Source: Leucoraja erinacea (taxonomy: Eukaryota). Taken from it: DNA of 64,000 nt. Below, piece after piece: positions 60,907 to 64,000 of this stretch; position 1 is the first letter of the stretch; each line of letters begins with the position of its first letter. The DNA is taken from NCBI RefSeq assembly GCF_028641065.1, contig NC_073385.1, positions 46,810,001-46,874,000 on the forward strand, read 5' to 3'. The notes under the pieces were generated by a model. That model did no database searches. It was not told the origin of the DNA and worked only from the letters and a program-made list of their open reading frames with translations. Both the position numbers and the translations under genes were made by a program.

Positions 60907-61225
60907 CAATTGAAATATCAACATTTTCAGGATCATCTTCTGTGTCCTGAGTTCCTTTTAAGGAAACATCATCCTTGTTGACAGGCGTTTCTAAGTGAAG
61001 TAAAAATTCCAGCTCCTCATCCAGATGGTTTGCTGGTTCCTGCGATTCAGATGCAGGAGCAGTACGTTCCGATTCCAGTGTTGTAGAGTTGAGTATGATG
61101 TTGACCGGAATGGTTTCCACATTTGTTGGGGAAGCTTTAGTGTGTGCTCTAAATTGGCCAAATTTGCTTTTGCCATCGTCCATACTCTTCAACCTGATCT
61201 GTGGTAGCTCTGCAGGTGGATTTAC
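60907..61225 (-). CDS. AVEN: AVEN penultimate exon: VNPPAELPQIRLKSMDDGK...NHLDEELEFLLHLETPV...ENVDISI
   Basis: catttag acceptor, gtgagc donor; 319 nt; LDEELEFLLHLETP resembles mammalian LEEELDLLLNLDAP; synteny with RYR3. Confidence 0.88.
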
Positions 61226-61957
61226 CTAAATGTGAAGGAAACACAAAACGCAAAGTTGACAAATTCAACATTGGGAACTATTGAAGATTACAATTCTTCT
61301 GTTTTATGTGGCTTGTCACATAAGTGCCTCTTCAGTTACGGAGAAGTTACTTAAGAAATAGAATTTAAAAAACCCAAGGGTGGTAATTAAAATAATTTCA
61401 GGTTTCAGAGCAAAGAGTTAGACAATCTGGATCGGAGATACTATGTTACCATGAAAAGCATAGGAGAACATTACTGAGCCTCTGGCCACAGACATCTAAT
61501 CCTCTTTAGATGTGGAAACAGTGGAAATGAATTGTAAAACTGACAAGGTTGTAAGACAAGGTAAATTCAACAATCACTGGGCAATCATCCTATTACCAAT
61601 GCTGGGTAACTCTGACATTAATATGAAACATGGATTCATAAATGAAAAACAGCATGCAAAATGTTAAAATAAATTTTGATTGTCAAAAAACAAAATCCTG
61701 AGAATTATGTTTAGTATTAATGAGGCAATACTTCATTTAGATTCCTCATAGAACACAAAGGATTAAGAGGAGCACAACTGTTTAAAATTATAAAGAGTTG
61801 TATGCCTGAGAATGCAGATTTTATAGTCATTGACAGCACAGAGCTGCAGTATTTAGTGCTGTAGAATAATTAAACGAGACTGGGGTTCAATCTTAACTTT
61901 GGGTGCATTTTGTAAAGTGTGCATGTTCTCCATAGTGATCTCTCGGGTGTTCTTTCA

Positions 61958-63115
61958 CAGAGTCATACAGCACGGAAACAGACTCTTCAGCCCAACTCAT
62001 CCATGCCAGTCAAAATACCTCATCTAATCTAGTCTAATTTTGGCCCATATCCCTCTAAACCTTTCCCATCCATGTACGTGTCCAAGGGTCTTTTAAATGC
62101 CATTATAGTTTCTGCCTCAACTACCTTCTCTGGCAGCTGATTCCATCTACCCACCACTCCCTGAGTGTAAAAGTTGCCCCTCTCACTTTAAGCCTGTTCT
62201 TCCAAGAAGCAAATTCTGTTCCCAGTTAACTAGCTCTCCCTGGATCCCATGCGATCTAACCTTCCAGAGCGGCCTACCACGAGGAATCTGTTCAAAAGCC
62301 TTGCTGAAGTCCATAAAGACAACGTCTAGAGTCTCGTCAACCTTTTACGTTACCTCTTCAAAAAATGGAATCGATTTTGTAAGACACCATCTTCCATGTA
62401 CAAAATCATGCTGACTTTCCCTAGTCAGCCCGTCTCCAAATGCATATATAGCTTCTTCTTCTTGCGTATGGCGTGCACAGCCTAAAGTTGTCGGACAACT
62501 TGACTTGATCTATTTGATTGTGCACGCCAGGTTGATTGCATTTGTTGAAACAGGGCGGACCATGTGAAGGTTGCAATCTCTCACCCCCATATATAGCTTA
62601 TCCCTCAGAATCCTCTCCAGTAAATTGCCTATCACAGTTATTAGGCTCACTAGTCTATACTTCCCAGATTTTTCCTTCCTGCCCTTCTTAAATAGGGGCA
62701 CAACATTAGCCACCTTCTAGTCATCCAGCACCTCCCTCATGTCTAACGATGATTCATAGATCTCAGCCCGGGCTCCTGCAATTTCTTCTCTAACTCCCAC
62801 AGCGCCCTCGGATATAATCTGATCAGGCCCGAGTGATTTATCTATCTTTATATGCCCTAGGACATTCAGTACATCCTTGATCGTAATACGATCTGTCCTC
62901 AAGACATCTCCATTAACTGTCCCAAGTTCCCTAGCCTTCATGATCTTCTCCATGGTAAAAACAGCAAAATACTCATTGAGGACATTTGCCCAACTCCACA
63001 CATAAATGACTGCCTTGGTTTCTGAGGGTCCTATTCTCTCTCTAGTTACCCTCTTCTTTTTCAATGTACATAAAATCTCTTGGATTCTCCATAATTTTAT
63101 CTGCCAGCTATCCCC
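61958..63115 (-). mobile_element. Degenerate CR1 LINE fragments in the AVEN intron
   Basis: ANVVPLFKKGRKEKSGKYRLVSL, KIDKSLGPD; CR1 3' UTR at 61958-62190. Confidence 0.82.
62455..62587 (-). mobile_element. Short non-autonomous retroposon with (GAA)n tail (same family as 21200-21323)
   Basis: 12-bp target duplication catatatagctt at 62443 and 62588. Confidence 0.85.
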
Positions 63116-63827
63116 TGCCCCCCCCCCCCCCCCCATGCCAAAGACATATTATTTGGCGAGATAACAGGTACTGTAACTGCCCATGATATAGACAGGATTA
63201 ATGCAAATGGATGCTTGATGGCTGGGAGGGGTGCAGTGGTCTGAAAATCTTGTTTCCATGCTGTATTAATCAGAAAATGGCTTGAGTGTGGAAGAGAAAT
63301 GACACTGCCAGAAAGGTTGGTGGAAGCATGCTCAAGAGTACATTTCATTCAGAATCAATACTTTAAGGGGGAAACGGAAAGATTATGGAAAACAAAAAGA
63401 GAACTTGATAATACTACCAGTGTATGAGATCATTTTATTCATTGCCTTCAATTATTTGAATTGCCGGTCTTAAAACCAGAATAACCATAGCAATACCCCA
63501 TTCACCTTCACTCATCCTGAATCAAATGATCCTAAAACAAATAATTCAACATCAACTTATCCAAAGAAGCAGCATTAAGATTTTGGGTTGATTACGATTT
63601 ATCAGAAGATTAGAAATGGAACAGTGAAGGGTCAGATATAACAAAAGGGAAGGTTTGTGATAAGATAGTGACCAGAAGTGATTGAAAGACTCAAATCTAC
63701 ACCATACGCGTTAATCACAAACTGGTTTTCTCTACTCTTGGGATGGGTGGTTGCTTAGTGGAACACCTTCATGCAATATGCAAAGGTTACCCTAACTTTC
63801 CAATTGCTAATGCTTTAATTCTCTGAA

Positions 63828-63990
63828 AACAAGGAACTGTAGATGCTGGTTTATAAAAAAAGATGCAAAGTCTGAAGCAACTCAGCAGGAAAGACAGCAT
63901 CTCTGGAGAATATGGATAGGTGACGTTTCGGTCAGGACCCTTATTCAGACTTCCTTCTCTAGCCCACTCTGCCTCTGGCCTATTTCCCTC
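63828..63990 (-). mobile_element. Penelope-like terminal repeat with hammerhead motif
   Basis: Reverse complement reads agtCTGAATAagggtcctgaccGAAACGTCacct...ctccagagatgctg. Confidence 0.7.
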
Positions 63991-64000
63991 TTCCAACAAA

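Overview
Eukaryotic vertebrate genomic DNA. The repeat content (CR1 LINEs, V-SINE/HE1-like SINEs, Penelope-like elements) points to a cartilaginous fish, probably a skate or ray; this is inference. The + strand carries the 3' end of a ryanodine receptor gene, best matching RYR3. I traced 19 GT-AG coding exons with consistent phases from 2265 to the stop at 59111, covering the central Ca2+-binding domain, EF-hands, transmembrane segments, GGGIGD selectivity filter, zinc finger and C-terminus. One expected exon (S5, LVLTVG...FRKFYNK...KCDDM) has no clean copy; it survives only as fragments inside what looks like a garbled, chimeric consensus at about 34.3-37.1 kb. The last two exons of AVEN lie tail-to-tail on the - strand (61225-60372), as at the mammalian RYR3-AVEN locus. 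The introns hold a rearranged Tc1, two Harbinger-type MITEs, a head-to-tail chain of Helitron-like non-autonomous elements, Penelope-like fragments with minimal hammerhead ribozyme motifs, a degenerate Gypsy element, nested CR1 LINEs, several SINEs and one 267-bp N gap. I found no convincing new protein-coding system; the unusual signals are structural or element-level.
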